Notes: a model not told the origin generated them from the letters alone. A stretch of 64,000 nt of DNA from the human T2T-CHM13v2.0 reference genome, Homo sapiens (GCF_009914755.1 NC_060932.1), one strand, 5' to 3'; shown: positions 1 to 13,509, counted from the stretch's first letter. Numbers and translations: made by a program.

Positions 1-48
1 GGGTGGGGGAGCAGCAGAGGAAAAAAAAAAAGTAATGCAAGCAAAATG

Positions 49-201
49 AGCTGGGCATAGTGGCTCATGCCTGTAATCCCAGCAATTGGAGAGGCTGAGG
101 CTGAAGGACTGCTTGAGCCCAGGAGTTCGAGGTTACAGTGAGCTATGATTGTGCCACTGCTCTCCAGTATAAGTTGGACTCTCGAGGGAAAAAAAAAAAA
201 A
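49..201 (+). mobile_element. Alu monomer (FAM/FRAM-like)
   Basis: Single arm: gctgggcatagtggctcatgcctgtaatccc...ttacagtgagctatgattgtgccactgc plus A tail. Confidence 0.8.
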
Positions 202-1091
202 GGTCTCCTCCCTCTGGTTTCACTGGAAAGTGCTTTGAAATGTGTTAATAGAAAGTTTAGGCAAGTGAAGTCCTACCAGCAAGAAATGGAGGGCAAAGAA
301 GGGAGTTCCCATGACTGCCCACCTGCCTTCACTCAACCTCTACTCCTTTGTTTTTTTAAATCTCCTTTAATTCTTACACTATCCTGTGAGTGGCATAAGA
401 TGTTCCCCACCTTATGCACAAGGAAATTGAGGCACAGAGAGGTTAAATACTAAAAAGCATGATTTCAAAGCCAGGACTGTTTTCTACATCAGCTGTCTAC
501 AGCCATACCTTTGCTGATGTGCCTGAGAAATGAATAATAAACAGGAAAACATACATTTCCATGTGATCTGATGTCCTGAGGAGTAGTGGGGAAGGCGGGG
601 AGTTAATTTACCTCTACCCCTGCCTCTTCAGAGACATAAATACACATTGGCACGCCATACACAAATTAACAACAACAACAAAAAGACATAATCAATTTGG
701 AATTAGAGCTTCCAGGAAATGTGGGCTCCCAGATGCACATACTACAGTAATTCAGGTTGTTTCTCTCCTCTCTCTCTGGTTGGGAGCTATTCTGATACTT
801 TCCATTTGGAAGCACAGATAGGGCCTCCTAACCACAAGGCGTGGAGATGTGGTCACAAGGCTGGGCTGGGTGCTCCACCCTGAATGCCAGAGCATCCTGC
901 TGGGTCCACACAGCCAGGGCCTGGTGGAATCCGCATCCAGGCTGCTTTTCTTTCCTTTATCTCAGGAATTCAGGCAAAGGCTATAGGACAAGGCCCAGTC
1001 ATCTCAGTAATTGTGGCTGTATGCAGCTGGAGCAAGAAGAGCATGGCATTTATACTTGCTTCCTTAAAAACAAAACAAAACAAAACAAAAA

Positions 1092-1581
<490 letters not shown>

Positions 1582-1761
1582 TGCTCTCCAGTTTCACATC
1601 CAAGTTGAAATGGGGCAAGAGATGTGAAAAGTTTTGCGAGAACCACAGAAAAGAATCAGATCATCTCAGAGTTGAATGGACTTTGCCATCATCTTCCCCA
1701 TGACAAACCTCACAAATAGCATGGACAGACAAACACACATACATCACTTAGAATTCCTGAG

Positions 1762-2031
1762 CCCAGGAATGGAAAACCAAATATCATATGTTCTCACTCA
1801 TAAGTGGGAGCTAAGCTATGAGGATGCACAGGCATAGGAAGGATACAGTGAACTTTGGGGACTCAGGGGGAAAGGGTAGGAAGGGGGTGAGGAATAAAAG
1901 ACTACAAATTGGGTTCAGTGTATACTGCTCACACAAGGTGATGGGTGCACCAAAAGCTCACAAATCACCACTAAATACCTTATTCAAGTAACCAAACACC
2001 ACCTGTTCCCCAAAAATTAAATTAAAAAAAA
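1762..2031 (+). mobile_element. 5'-truncated L1PB-type 3' end
   Basis: gttctcactcataagtgggagctaagctatgaggatgca...gtaaccaaacaccacctgttcccc plus A tail. TSD AGAATTCCTGAG at 1750-1761 and 2032-2043. Confidence 0.9.
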
Positions 2032-2249
2032 AGAATTCCTGAGACCATGTGTGATCGACAAGCAGACATTGCAGAAGGGGTGTTTTGTACTGAAGATCAG
2101 TCCCTTGTTGTTTATTCATTTGACACGCACTGACCAAGCGCCTCCTGCCTGCTGGCCTCTGTGCTGAGTACCGGGATGTAAACGTGAGCAATACAGGGCC
2201 CCAGCTCTCAAGGAGCCTATGGTCAATCAGAGTATGCAGATGGCCTGCC

Positions 2250-2633
2250 AGGCCCACTCTGTACCCTCCTTCTCCTGCTGACCTGCTCCAGACACATCTC
2301 AGGGCTCCTCCACCCTCTGGCTTCTACCTGGATTCAGGCAAAGGCATGTGGTAAAATGCAGCCAGCAGAAAGTCAGAGGAGGGGAGTGCTCCCCTGCTCT
2401 CCAGGCTCCAGCCCTCCCGGCTGTGTCTCAGGGTGCTCTCCACACAGCCTCTCTGGCTCCTGCTTCCCAGAGGCCTCCTCTCTCTCACCCCTTCAGACCT
2501 TTGAGGATCTGGGTGCCCGACTAATCTCTATGGTCCCCCTGCCCACTGCCCACACTTCTCTCTTATTAAACTCTCTTCGGATTACCCTATTTCCAGTGTG
2601 CTGTCTGTTTCCTCCTGGGACCCTGACTGATAC
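2250..2633 (+). mobile_element. ERVL LTR (LTR33-like)
   Basis: 3' end ttattaaactctctt...ctgtttcctcctgggaccctgactgataca. Confidence 0.6.
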
Positions 2634-2699
2634 AGGGAGACAGCCATGTAAACAGACAGTTACAACATAATGCAGAACAGTAAAAGATAATGTTGTTTC

Positions 2700-2890
2700 C
2701 CAGTGAGGTAAAAGAGCTCTGGAATCTGATTGCTTGGGTTGTACATCCTTGCTCTACTACTGACTATCTCTGTTAACCTCTTAATCCTCAGTTTGCACTT
2801 TTGAAATATGCGGTTAATAGTAGTGCCTACTTAATAGGGTGGCCATGAGGATTAAACGAGAGTGCCTCAATGCTGACAAATATTAGCAGG
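2700..2890 (+). mobile_element. MIR
   Basis: cctcagtttgcacttttgaaatatgcggttaatagtagtgcctacttaatagggtggccatgaggattaaacgag core. Confidence 0.7.
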
Positions 2891-3579
2891 GATTCCTATA
2901 TAGTTAATGGTGCAATTCCTTTAATAAAGCAAGTGACTGATGAATGATGGAAGCACTAAAAGAAATAGATACTGGGACACAGAAGAAGGGACAAGGCAAT
3001 GGTAAAGAGGAAATCAGGAAGGACTTCACGGCGAAGGTGACACTGAGCTGCCTCCTGAAGGAGGTTAACTAGCAGGATGGCTGGCAAAGGATGGTCCAGG
3101 CACGAGTACAGCAGGTGCAAGTGCACGGAGGCTTGACACGCACATAGATGTGGAGTGGTGCAAATAGCTCAGTGCAATGAAAACAAATAACACGTGCAGG
3201 GAGGGATTGGAGCTGAGGTCAGACGGGTAGGCAAGGGTGGCCGAGGAAGACCTTGGATGTCATGTCAAGGAATTTGGTTGTTGCTTTAAAAGTGAGGGAG
3301 AGTTTCTAAGACGGCAATGGACACGAACAGTTTTGATGCTGAGAAGGTTCGGTCTGGCTGCAATGTTGGGCCTGCCCTGGGCACCGCATGAACACACAGT
3401 AGGTGCCCTGCAGATGTCTGTCAAATGCATATTAGCAGTTCTAGACAGCAAGATCTGTCACCTCCCTACTTCCTTCCAATAAATGTGCACACATATAACA
3501 TGCCATGATCTGGGCAACTCACAGTCACAGGCCTTTCCACATGTTTTCTCATCTGATCTCATTAATATTATGAGATCAT

Positions 3580-4327
3580 TGTGGTATCATAAAAAATAGA
3601 TTTGGTCTTTGTCCTTGACTTCTGGCACAGAACTCTTGCAGCCTCCTGAGTGGTAAGAGTGTCTTCTGTACGCTAATGAGACGGCCAAAAAGATGTCTGG
3701 GGGAAGAAGAAGGACTAAAGATAGAGCTCAATCACCAATGGTCAATGATCTAATCAATCATGCCTATGTAATGAAACCTCCATAAAAACCCCTAAACCAC
3801 AGAGATCAAGGAGCTTCTAGTGGGTGAGCACAGCCATGTTCCGGGAAGGTGGCACGTCCCGAGAGGGCATGGAGACTGTACCACCGCCCCCTCCCCCATA
3901 CCTGGCCCTAGCATCGCTTCTATTGGGCTGTCCCTGAGTTGTATCCTTTATAATAAACCAGTAATAGTAAGTATTTTCCTGAGTTCTGACGAGATCAAGC
4001 GTGTTCAGGGTGGTATGGCTGTAGATGTATTTTCCTGAGTTCTGTGAGTTCTAGCCAATCATCACACTTGAGAAGGAAATTGTGGAAACCTCTCAATTTA
4101 TAGCTGGTTGGTCAGACACACGCAGCCTCTGGGAATTGTGACTGGCATCTGAAGTGGGAGCTGTTCTATGGGACTGAGCCCACAGAATTGTGGGGGTTGC
4201 CCTAATTCCAGACAGTTAGGGTCAGAATTAAATTCAGTTGTTGAACATGTAGTTCGGGTAGGAAAATTGGAGAATTGCTTGGTATAGAGAAAACCCCAAA
4301 CATTTGGAGTCAGAAGTGGTGTCAGAA
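3580..4327 (+). mobile_element. MER21-like LTR
   Basis: ggtcaatgatctaatcaatcatgcctatgtaatgaaacctccataaaaacc, tgtatcctttataataaaccagtaatagtaagt, and end ggtgtcagaa. Confidence 0.75.
3988..4026 (-). pseudogene. 3'-truncated (tailless) 5S rRNA retropseudogene, nt 1-39
   Basis: Reverse complement ATCTACAGCCATACCACCCTGAACACGCTTGATCTCGTC vs 5S GTCTACGGCCATACCACCCTGAACGCGCCCGATCTCGTC (34/39). Perfect TSD GTATTTTCCTGAGTTCT at 3971-3987 and 4027-4043. Confidence 0.93.
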
Positions 4328-4740
4328 AGAAGACATTGCACCTGGAAACACTCTACTTCACCAGAGATGCTGGACGCTGCCTGTGCCATTCCTGCTGAGA
4401 CACTCCCCGGGCCCTACTGCCACAGTGACACAAGAGGCCAGTGCTCATCAGGGTGGCTCTGCCCTCACTAACTCAGTGGCTGATTCAACTGTCCCTCTGG
4501 GTGTGGCAGCTAGAGGCACTAGGGACCAGCCAGACACCACGCCCTGAGCCTGGCACACTCATGTCACTGCTCCTTGTCCTCAGGCTCAAGGTCTAGAGGC
4601 TGCAGGAGACTGGCCAGGATCCCCCTGCGACCTCACCCTACTCCCCACCCCTGACAGTGGGCAGCTAGCCTGCACCAGACATGTGCTGGAGGGACAGGCC
4701 CTCTCCTCCTACTAAGCACCTACCTGTTGGGCACCCCAGG

Positions 4741-5170
4741 TCTCAGGTTGGGTTCCCCCAGAAGCCCAGCCTGGAAGGAGGATCTGAGTACAAGGAGTCT
4801 ATTTGGGAAGTGATCCCAACTAGATGAATGGTGAAATAAAACAGCGGCAGAAAGGAAGCCAACAATGGGTGTACTGCAGAGCAGGTTACCACTGAAGGTG
4901 ACCTTCGGGAGATGCTAGAGAACACACCTCAGAGCTGTGCACCTGAGAAGCAGGATGATGGAGTGTGTATTCTCCAACTCTGCTCCTTCCTTGGCTGAGG
5001 GCTGCTCCTGGGGAGTGAACTCCCAGCACTTCTGACCTGCCCTGCATGCAGCCTGAGCATGCCAAAGAAACCCTCAGGAGCAGCAGCCTGAGGGTTTGCA
5101 GGGTGCAGGGTGCAGGGAACCAGGGTGCGCCAAGGGGACCCAGGGGGAGCACCAATGTGGTGCCTGAGGA
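4741..5170 (-). mobile_element. ERVL LTR (LTR16-like)
   Basis: tctcaggttgggttcccccagaagc...tctatttgggaagtgatccca is the reverse of an LTR16-type 3' end. Confidence 0.6.
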
Positions 5171-5276
5171 CTCCACCAACCGGCTGGGGTCACTGTCCTC
5201 AAGGAGGAGCACAGACAAGTCAAGAGGTGACTATAACCCATGAAGGTAAAAGCAATGGCTGAAGGTGCTTGAAGGG

Positions 5277-6183
5277 CAGTGCTGGCCAACAGAAATATAA
5301 CCCAGTGCAACCCATGCATGGAGTTTCAAATTGTCAGCAGCCACAGGAAAAAAGTTAAAAGGAACACATGAAATTAATTTAATTTTTTTAGAGACAGGGT
5401 CTCACTGTGTCATGCAGGCTGACGTGCAGTCATGAGCTTATTGCAGCCTCAACCTCCTGGGCTCAAGTGATCTTTCGCCTCAGATTCCTGAGTAGCTGGG
5501 AGTACAGTTGCGCACCACTACACCTGGCTACTTTATTTATTTATTTATTGAGACAGGGTCTCTCTCTCTTGTCCAGGCTGGAGTGCAGTGGCGTGATCCT
5601 GGCTCACTGAAACCTCGCCTCCCGGGTTCAAGTGACTCTCCCACTTCAGCCTCCCAGGTAGCTGGGACTACAGGTATGCAATACCACACCTGGCTAATTT
5701 TTGTATTTTTTTGGTAGACATGGGATTTTGCCATGTCGTCCAGGCTGGTCTTGAACTCCGGACCTCAAGTGATCCACCTGCCTCAGCCTCCCAAAGTGTT
5801 GGGATTACAGGGATGAGCCACTGCGCTCAGCCCCAGCTACTTTTTAAATATCTTTTGTAGAGAGGAGGTCTCACTGTGTTGCGCAGGTTGGTCTTAAACT
5901 CCTGGTCTCAAGCAGTCCTCCACCTTGGCCTCCCAAAGGGCTGGGATTACAGCTATGAGCCACCTTGCCTGGCCCAATTTTAATAACATATGTCATTTAA
6001 CCCAATATATTCAAAATACTATCATTTCAACATGGATTGAAAGAAAAATTATTAATGAGACAGAGTTTTTCATACAAAGTCTTTGAAAACATATTTTAGA
6101 CTTATAGGACATCTCCATTCAGACTAGCCATATTTTAAGTTCTTAGTAGCTACTTGAAGTGGCTACTGTATTAGATGACACAG
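5277..6183. mobile_element. MER33-like hAT-Charlie DNA transposon split by nested Alus
   Basis: cagtgctggccaacagaaatataa... resumes at ~5976 as aataacatatgtcatttaacccaatatattcaaaata...gtggctactgtattagatgacacag. Confidence 0.7.
5382..5975 (-). mobile_element. AluJ (5382-5531 + 5834-5975) interrupted by AluS (5532-5833)
   Basis: The two AluJ arms are separated by a complete Alu. gctacttt is repeated on both sides of the inner element. Confidence 0.88.
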
Positions 6184-6649
6184 TTTGAGCACCAAAAGAG
6201 AATGGAGAATTGTGCACCTAAGGGACAGGATGACGCCTGGCTTGGAGAATGCGTCCTCCAAGCTAGAAAAGAATCACTACGGTGGCTTCTCAAGGCACTT
6301 AGAATAAAATCTACTCCCATGACTTAGTCTAAAGGCCTTATATGACCAGGCCACTGTCCATCTCCCTGACCTCACTTTCCAAACCTTTGTCCTCTCTTCT
6401 CACTACAGCCCTGCTTTTTGTCATTTCTGGAACACACCCCCCTGAGGGCCTTTGCACGTGCTGTTCCCCTCAGCTGGAATGCCCTGCACGCAGGCCTCTG
6501 CATGCTTGTTCCTTGTCACTCTCCAGGTCTTATTCCACAGGGTCCCTCCTTCCTGACCACTCTCCTCCCACCCTAATCCCCATCTCTTGTTCTCCCTTTA
6601 CCCGTGTTTATTTTCTTAAGGTACACACCATCAGAAATTACCTTGTTCA

Positions 6650-6957
<308 letters not shown>

Positions 6958-7234
6958 TTAAAGATATCACCTTGTTCATTAATATTATTTATTGATTTTA
7001 TTGTCTCTCCCACTGTCCCCGAATCTCCAGCTTCTAGACCAATGCTCAGAAAAATACAAGGTGCTTAATAAAGATGTGTTGAATAAGTAACAAGTAACTG
7101 CTCTGATAAAGGAGAAGCAGAACAGGGAGGAAGGACCAAACTCACTCTGACACAGGCACTGTCATGTATTCTCATTTGTATCCCCAGCACGCAGTGCTAC
7201 CACCCAATAGATGCTTGTTCAAAAATGGAAAATC

Positions 7235-7509
7235 AATCCCAGCACTTTGGGAAACTGAGGTGGGCGGATCACTTGAGGCCAGGAGTTTGAGACCAGCCTG
7301 GCCAACATGGTGAAACCTCGTTTCTATTAAAAATACAAAAATTAGCTGGGCATGGCGGCACACCTGTAATCCCAGCTACTCAGGAGGCTGAGGCAGGAGA
7401 ATTGCTTGAACATGGGAGGTGGAGGTTGCAGTGAGCTGAGATTGCGCACCACTGCACTTCAACCTGGGCGACAGAGCAAGACTGTCTCCAAAAAAAAAGA
7501 AAAGAAAAG
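7235..7509 (+). mobile_element. 5'-truncated AluS
   Basis: aatcccagcactttggg...gactgtctcc plus A tail. Confidence 0.9.
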
Positions 7510-9133
7510 CAATTAATGATAGGGAAATGGGGCGGGAGGGGAGGGGTAAAGCTTTCACTTTAGCCAGAGAAAGCTTCATTGAAGAGTTGGGTCTCAGGGA
7601 TGCATGGGAGTGTGCAGAGTGGATAAGGAAGTCCCAGCAGAGAGAACAGCATGTGCAAAGGCACAGAGGCACAGAAGAGCATGGTATATGTTGCTAATAC
7701 ACACTGACGGTCTTCCCTCTCTCCTGGTTTCCCCTCTCTCAAAACAAGGGCTTGCAAGGCTCTATTCGATCTTCTGCCTGGAAATGACATCTTACCTTCA
7801 ATCTGGTCCCCATTCCCTTTTTGCCAAACCTCCCTGCAAGGCAGGCAGACTGCTCACTTCTCAGAATTCTCCCCCAAAGGATTCCCCAGGCTCCAGCCCC
7901 TGGGAGGAGTGCTTCCTGCCTGGTAGCATATGCCTGCAGCCAGTGAGCGTGGGTGCATGTCCACATCCCAGACTTTTTGTCGAAAATAAATTCTTTAGAG
8001 TGGACTACAAGCCAGGAGTCTGTAAGCACAGAACCAGTAGAGACCATCAAGGGGAGAAAGCCTGCCTGAAAATGAGGCCATCTGAGAGGACAGCAGAGCC
8101 CAGAGGATCTACTATGAACCAGGCACAGTGCAGAGGACCTACTATATACCATGCACCAGGTACAGAGTGCTAAGCTCTCTCATGAACTGCCTTGTTTAAT
8201 CTTCACTGCAGTGGCGTGTGGGATCTAATATTATTCCCAGATGAGGAAACGAGGGTCACAGGGATTCGTGGCTTGTCCAAGGCCACACAGCAGGGAGATG
8301 TTAGATGGGGGATAATAATGTTTATTATGTTTATGTTTATCTTAATGTTTATGTATGTAGTATCACAACAGAAGACAGAGGCCTGACCACACCAGTGGCA
8401 TCCCTGGATCCAGGAGAGCCCTGAAGCCAGCACTAGCCTTGGATTTTTCTTTCTTTTCTACCACTTGACACTAAAAGACACCTAACTGATACAGAAGAGC
8501 ACCAGCCCATTTCTCCCACAGAGGTGAAAGGACTTGCCCATGTCTCCCTCCCCAGCAGTCTGGGTGCTGTAAGAAGGACCCAGGTCTCCTGGCTCCTTTC
8601 CAGAACTGGCCACCTGCCCTTCCTACGGTTCATGGTGAAGACTGCCCTTTGTAACGCAGGTCACACTCACCTGAACTCTTATTCTAATGCTTGCATAGGG
8701 GAAGCCAGAGTCCTGTAGGATTAAATGTGCTACTGAGATGGCAAGTCAACATCCCACCCTTGCATGGCTCCAGGTCCTCTTTATAACCAAAGGAGATTAT
8801 GGCAACCCAAGGACAAGACGACCTTCTGAGATGAGATGGAATGACCTCAAGTTACCAGCAGGGAAGGGCCTCGCTGATTAAAATAAAGCACAAACCACTT
8901 TCCCCTCCACCATGAGAGAGACCTGCTAGAAGGGGTTATTACACCTTTTCAGATGCAACATCAAAGCTGTCATTGCTATGTAATTTACAGCCTGGTCTGC
9001 ATACAAGCATCCATTCTGTGTTAGTATGTGCCACCCTCCCCCTCTTCTTACTCAGAGAACCCCACTGCTGGGCAGGGGGCAGAAAGTGGGACATTGGGAG
9101 TCAGAAGACGTGGGATTCAGGGAGGATAGTGTG

Positions 9134-9370
9134 TTTTTTTCAGACGGAGTCTCACTTTGTCTCCCAAGCTGGAGTGCAATGGCGCTATCTTGGCTCACTG
9201 CAACCTCCCCCTCGCCGGTTCAAGTGATTCTTGAGCCTTGGCCTCCCGAGTAGCTGGGATTACACAGGCGCCCGCCACCATGCCCGGCTAATGTTTTGTA
9301 TTTTTAGTAGAGATGGGGTTTCACCATGTTGCCCAGGCTGATCTTGAACTCCTGACCTCAGGTGATCCAC
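9134..9370 (-). mobile_element. Partial AluS
   Basis: ttttcagacggagtctcac...cctgacctcaggtgatccac. Confidence 0.88.
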
Positions 9371-9787
9371 TGATAGTGTCTTTTATTATCTGGGGAATGT
9401 TGGGCAAGTTACCCTGTCACACTTCACATCCCTCAATGACTCCCCATTGTCCTGTAATTTGTTCTTTCAACAAACATTTACTGACTGTCCACTACATCCT
9501 CCAAGCTATGCACTGTGGTGAGCAAGGCCGAGATGACCCCCGCCCTCCTGGAAGTTATAATCTAGTGAGAGAGGCAGAGACTGAACATAAATAAAAGCGA
9601 GACAGTGTCCCACGTACATACACACACCATGGCTCTATGGAGGCCGGGGCTTGAGGTCCAAATATTGTCTTTGATCTAACAGGATGAGCTTGAACAAGGA
9701 GCTACAAGAGGGGAATGGGAAACATCACCTCCTTCTACTACACAGACATGGCCTGGAGCAATCCCAGAGGCAGAAGGCACGTTGCTA

Positions 9788-10030
<243 letters not shown>

Positions 10031-10579
10031 TTAAGAGCCAACCGTGGGGCACCTTAGAGTTAGGGCGGGCCTTGTGAGGCCCAAAGCCTCCTCTCCATGG
10101 GGAGATGCTGGGTGCTAGAGATTCCTTTCCCAATTTTGTGGCTCAGCGCCCGAGGTGGGGGCGTGCCCAAGAGAGTCTCAGCTTTTCCGACCCGTTACAT
10201 GGGGATGTTTTCTCAGTTACCAGGTGGGTAGGAATCTCAACTGGTCTCTGACTCTCTCAGAGGGAAGTGATTGGTGAATGGATGTTTATTTGGTGTGTCC
10301 ACGAGTGGAGGGAGAGTCAGGAGCTTCTCTTCTGCCATGTTGCTGACATCACTCTCCCAACAGAGGCTCTTCAACAGCCCGCTAAGGAAGCTGATTCGAA
10401 CTTGAGCTACTAACTCTCCCTACATCCAGTTACTTGGTTAGAGGGGTGGGCATTTGCGGTTTTACTTCCCGAGCACCCAGTACTCCTGCCGGTGAATGCA
10501 TTTCAAATTCCCACTGGGGAGTCCCCCCACATCCTTTGGTTCCTGTGGGTCTCACTTTCAACCTCTCCCTGAAGTCTGG

Positions 10580-11012
10580 GAATGATCAGGTGACATGGGC
10601 TTGTCCAATCAGAATAGTCCATGGCCTTGTCCACAGTGACTGGTACAGGGCTGACCACGTGACCCAAGATAGACCAACGGGAATCAATCCAGAGATTTTG
10701 CAAAATCTTCTGGGAAGAAGAGCTCTCTACCTGGTGGGGTCTTTAAACCGGTGGCTTTAGGACCGATGCTTCTGGAAACCATACTTGGAGAACCTGAGAA
10801 TACAGCCAGTGGAGGAGAAAGCACTAGAGAGGAAGGGGGCGAGAGATTCAGTGGTGATGCAGAGAAAAGGGAGAGACCAAATCTAGGAATCCAGTCATTT
10901 CTGGGGCCAGGTTTTACCCCTGGACTCCTCTCTTACCTAAGCCAGTACATTCCCTTCTTGCTTAAGGCAACCTGAATTGGGTTTCTATCACCCAAAACTA
11001 AAACTGTGCTGA
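10580..11012 (+). mobile_element. Old MaLR LTR (MLT1K-like)
   Basis: ccaatcagaata...cacgtgacccaa...ttcttgcttaaggcaacctgaattgggtttctatcac. Confidence 0.6.
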
Positions 11013-11308
11013 CCACGGAGGTAACACGTTCCATTGCCGAGTCCATAGCTTGAAGCTCTGCCTGCCCCCGCTCCCACACCCTGTCCTGATGAAAAAACAC
11101 AGCTGGGCACAGCAAATTCAGACTGTGGCCTCAGCCCACAGGGCTGTCGACACAGGGCTAAGCGCTGCGCTCTCCACCCTGTAGATACACAATCGCCACG
11201 CGTCGCTTTACTGGTGAAAACTCCATTTCCAGTCTCCTCTTACCAAACTCACATTGTTTGGGAACTTCTGACAACTGTACCTCACCCTGCAGAAACAGTT
11301 AGAAGCGG

Positions 11309-11560
11309 ACTCACCTCTGCCGTGGTCTGTGGCTCGGGAGTCTAACAGTCAATTATCTCGCTGCTGATGAAAAGGCAGGAGCGATGAAGACTTAGGGAGC
11401 TCACTGCAGCCAGTCGTGCTAATGACCTGTCTGCAGTAACTTTGTAAACCTCCACTTTTAGGTTCACGGCTCAGCCAAAAACTGTCACTCCACACTTCAG
11501 CTTGGCAAGCATGTTTGCACCGTGGAAGTGACGTCCTTGTTGCCGTGGTTACCAACGCTC
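11309..11560 (-). promoter_or_regulatory. Candidate intronic alternative promoter and first exon of ASAP1
   Basis: Non-repetitive, locally CpG-retaining sequence. ETS-CRE composite GGAAGTGACGT at 11524-11534, RFX X-box GTTGCCGTGGTTAC at 11539-11552, and minus-strand donor GAG|GTGAGT (intron starts 11314). Confidence 0.55.
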
Positions 11561-11895
11561 AAGAAAACCTTTGTAGCTGTTTATAAGCACCAAACCCCAA
11601 ATATTTGCAGAGAACCCCTTTCAGGAGCTTGTGGCACTATGGTGACTCACAAAAAGTTATCCCACGTTTTGTTCTTTATTTTCTTAAAAACAGAGAAAAT
11701 TGTTCTCTCCTCAAATCTGTAAAATGCATTAGCTCACAGTTTCCATTTTAAACCGAAATCAAACCTGCTTTCATATGAATTGGGTATCCAAGGCTGCTGT
11801 TTTTCTTAAGAGAATCTCAGTAAATCCTAACACTCTGGATGACCCAGGAAGAAGAAATGTGAAAATGGAGACCAAGGCCCATTAAAAAACCCAGG

Positions 11896-12371
<476 letters not shown>

Positions 12372-12449
12372 GTCCATGAAAGGATTCTACAAATAACAGG
12401 CCTAGAATTGGTATTTTATGCTCATGGTTGACTTAGCAGCAGCCATTGA

Positions 12450-13400
12450 TTTTATTTCAACAACAATACATATTTACTGAACATCTATGTACCAGACTCT
12501 GTGCCTGGCACTGGAGTAACTTTAGCAGATGAGCAGCCATCAGCGACCTTGTCCATTAGGAGCTTATAGTCTGGTGGGGGTGGCAGACATACACAAGAGA
12601 ACAAACAATTCCAGATTGTTACAACTGCTAGGAAGAAAACATACGGGGAGCAACCAAAGAGAATAAAGGCTAGAGTGGCTAGGAAGATCTGTCTGAGGAC
12701 ATAGCATTTAAGCTGAGACTTCAGGATGTGATGACCATGGAGTGGGGGACAGGAGGTACAGGGACAAGGCCCTGGAGGCAGAAGAAGAGCATGAAGCAGG
12801 GTCCTGAGACAGGATAGCACTTGCTGAGTGTGAGGAACAGAACGGAGGCCAATGTGCTGAAGCCTCTTGGGGAAACGGGGTGGAGGCAGAGGAGGGTACA
12901 GAGATAGGCAGGGGCTAGATCATGCTAGTCTTTGTAGGCCACGGTAAGAAATCTGAATTTCATTCTAAGTAAAATGGGCAGGGGTCTTGGAGATCAGCGG
13001 TGGCTGTAAGCAGGGGTGCAGCATGAGCTGCAAGAGGAGTGAGGAGAATAATCCATGTTGGACATATTAAGTTTGAGAGGCCTGCTAGACTTCCAAATGG
13101 GGATATTAATTAGGCATTTCAGATCATCAAGTCTGGAACTCAGAGGACAGATTCAGCTGGAGATAAAATTTGTAAGCATATAATATAATTTGCATGTCTG
13201 TATAATTTGCATGCAGACATCTTCAAAAATATTTAGAGGTAAGTTGGAGCAAGGGGTGCCCAACTGAGAGACTGAGAGGGTAGAGTCACAAGAAGAAATC
13301 CAAGCCGGCTTGGTGTCATAGAAGCCAAAAGAAAACCGTGTTTTTAGAGGAAGGGAGTGATCAACTGGGTCAGATGATTCGCAGAAGCTGAGTTGACTTA
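12450..13400 (-). mobile_element. L2 remnant
   Basis: atttactgaacatctatgtaccagactctgtgcc, tttaagctgagac, tttgtaggccacggtaag, ttaagtttgag, gaagccaaaagaa..gggagtgatcaactg motifs. Confidence 0.75.
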
Positions 13401-13509
13401 CAGATTAATTCCAAAGCTTTGAGATTTAGAGCTAGGGCTTGGGGGAGGGGATGAAAGGATCATCTTAACAGGCTTTCCTTAGAGCCTGGGGATAATATAG
13501 TAGCACACG

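Noticed and set aside
495-509. GTCTACAGCCATACC, 14/15 match to the 5S rRNA 5' end, inside an 8-bp inverted repeat (ACATCAGC/GCTGATGT)
   Set aside because: Too short and without a TSD, so compatible with chance.
7604-8173. 189-aa and 137-aa overlapping ORFs
   Set aside because: They partly overlap decayed L2/MIR sequence, have no recognisable homology, and are of a length expected by chance.
11281-11305. Minus-strand CTAAC-TGTTTCTGCAG-GGTGAG resembling a recursive splice site or 1-nt exon
   Set aside because: The branch motif is too close to the AG and the AG/GT junction is offset by one base. It is better explained as an alternative donor of the candidate first exon.
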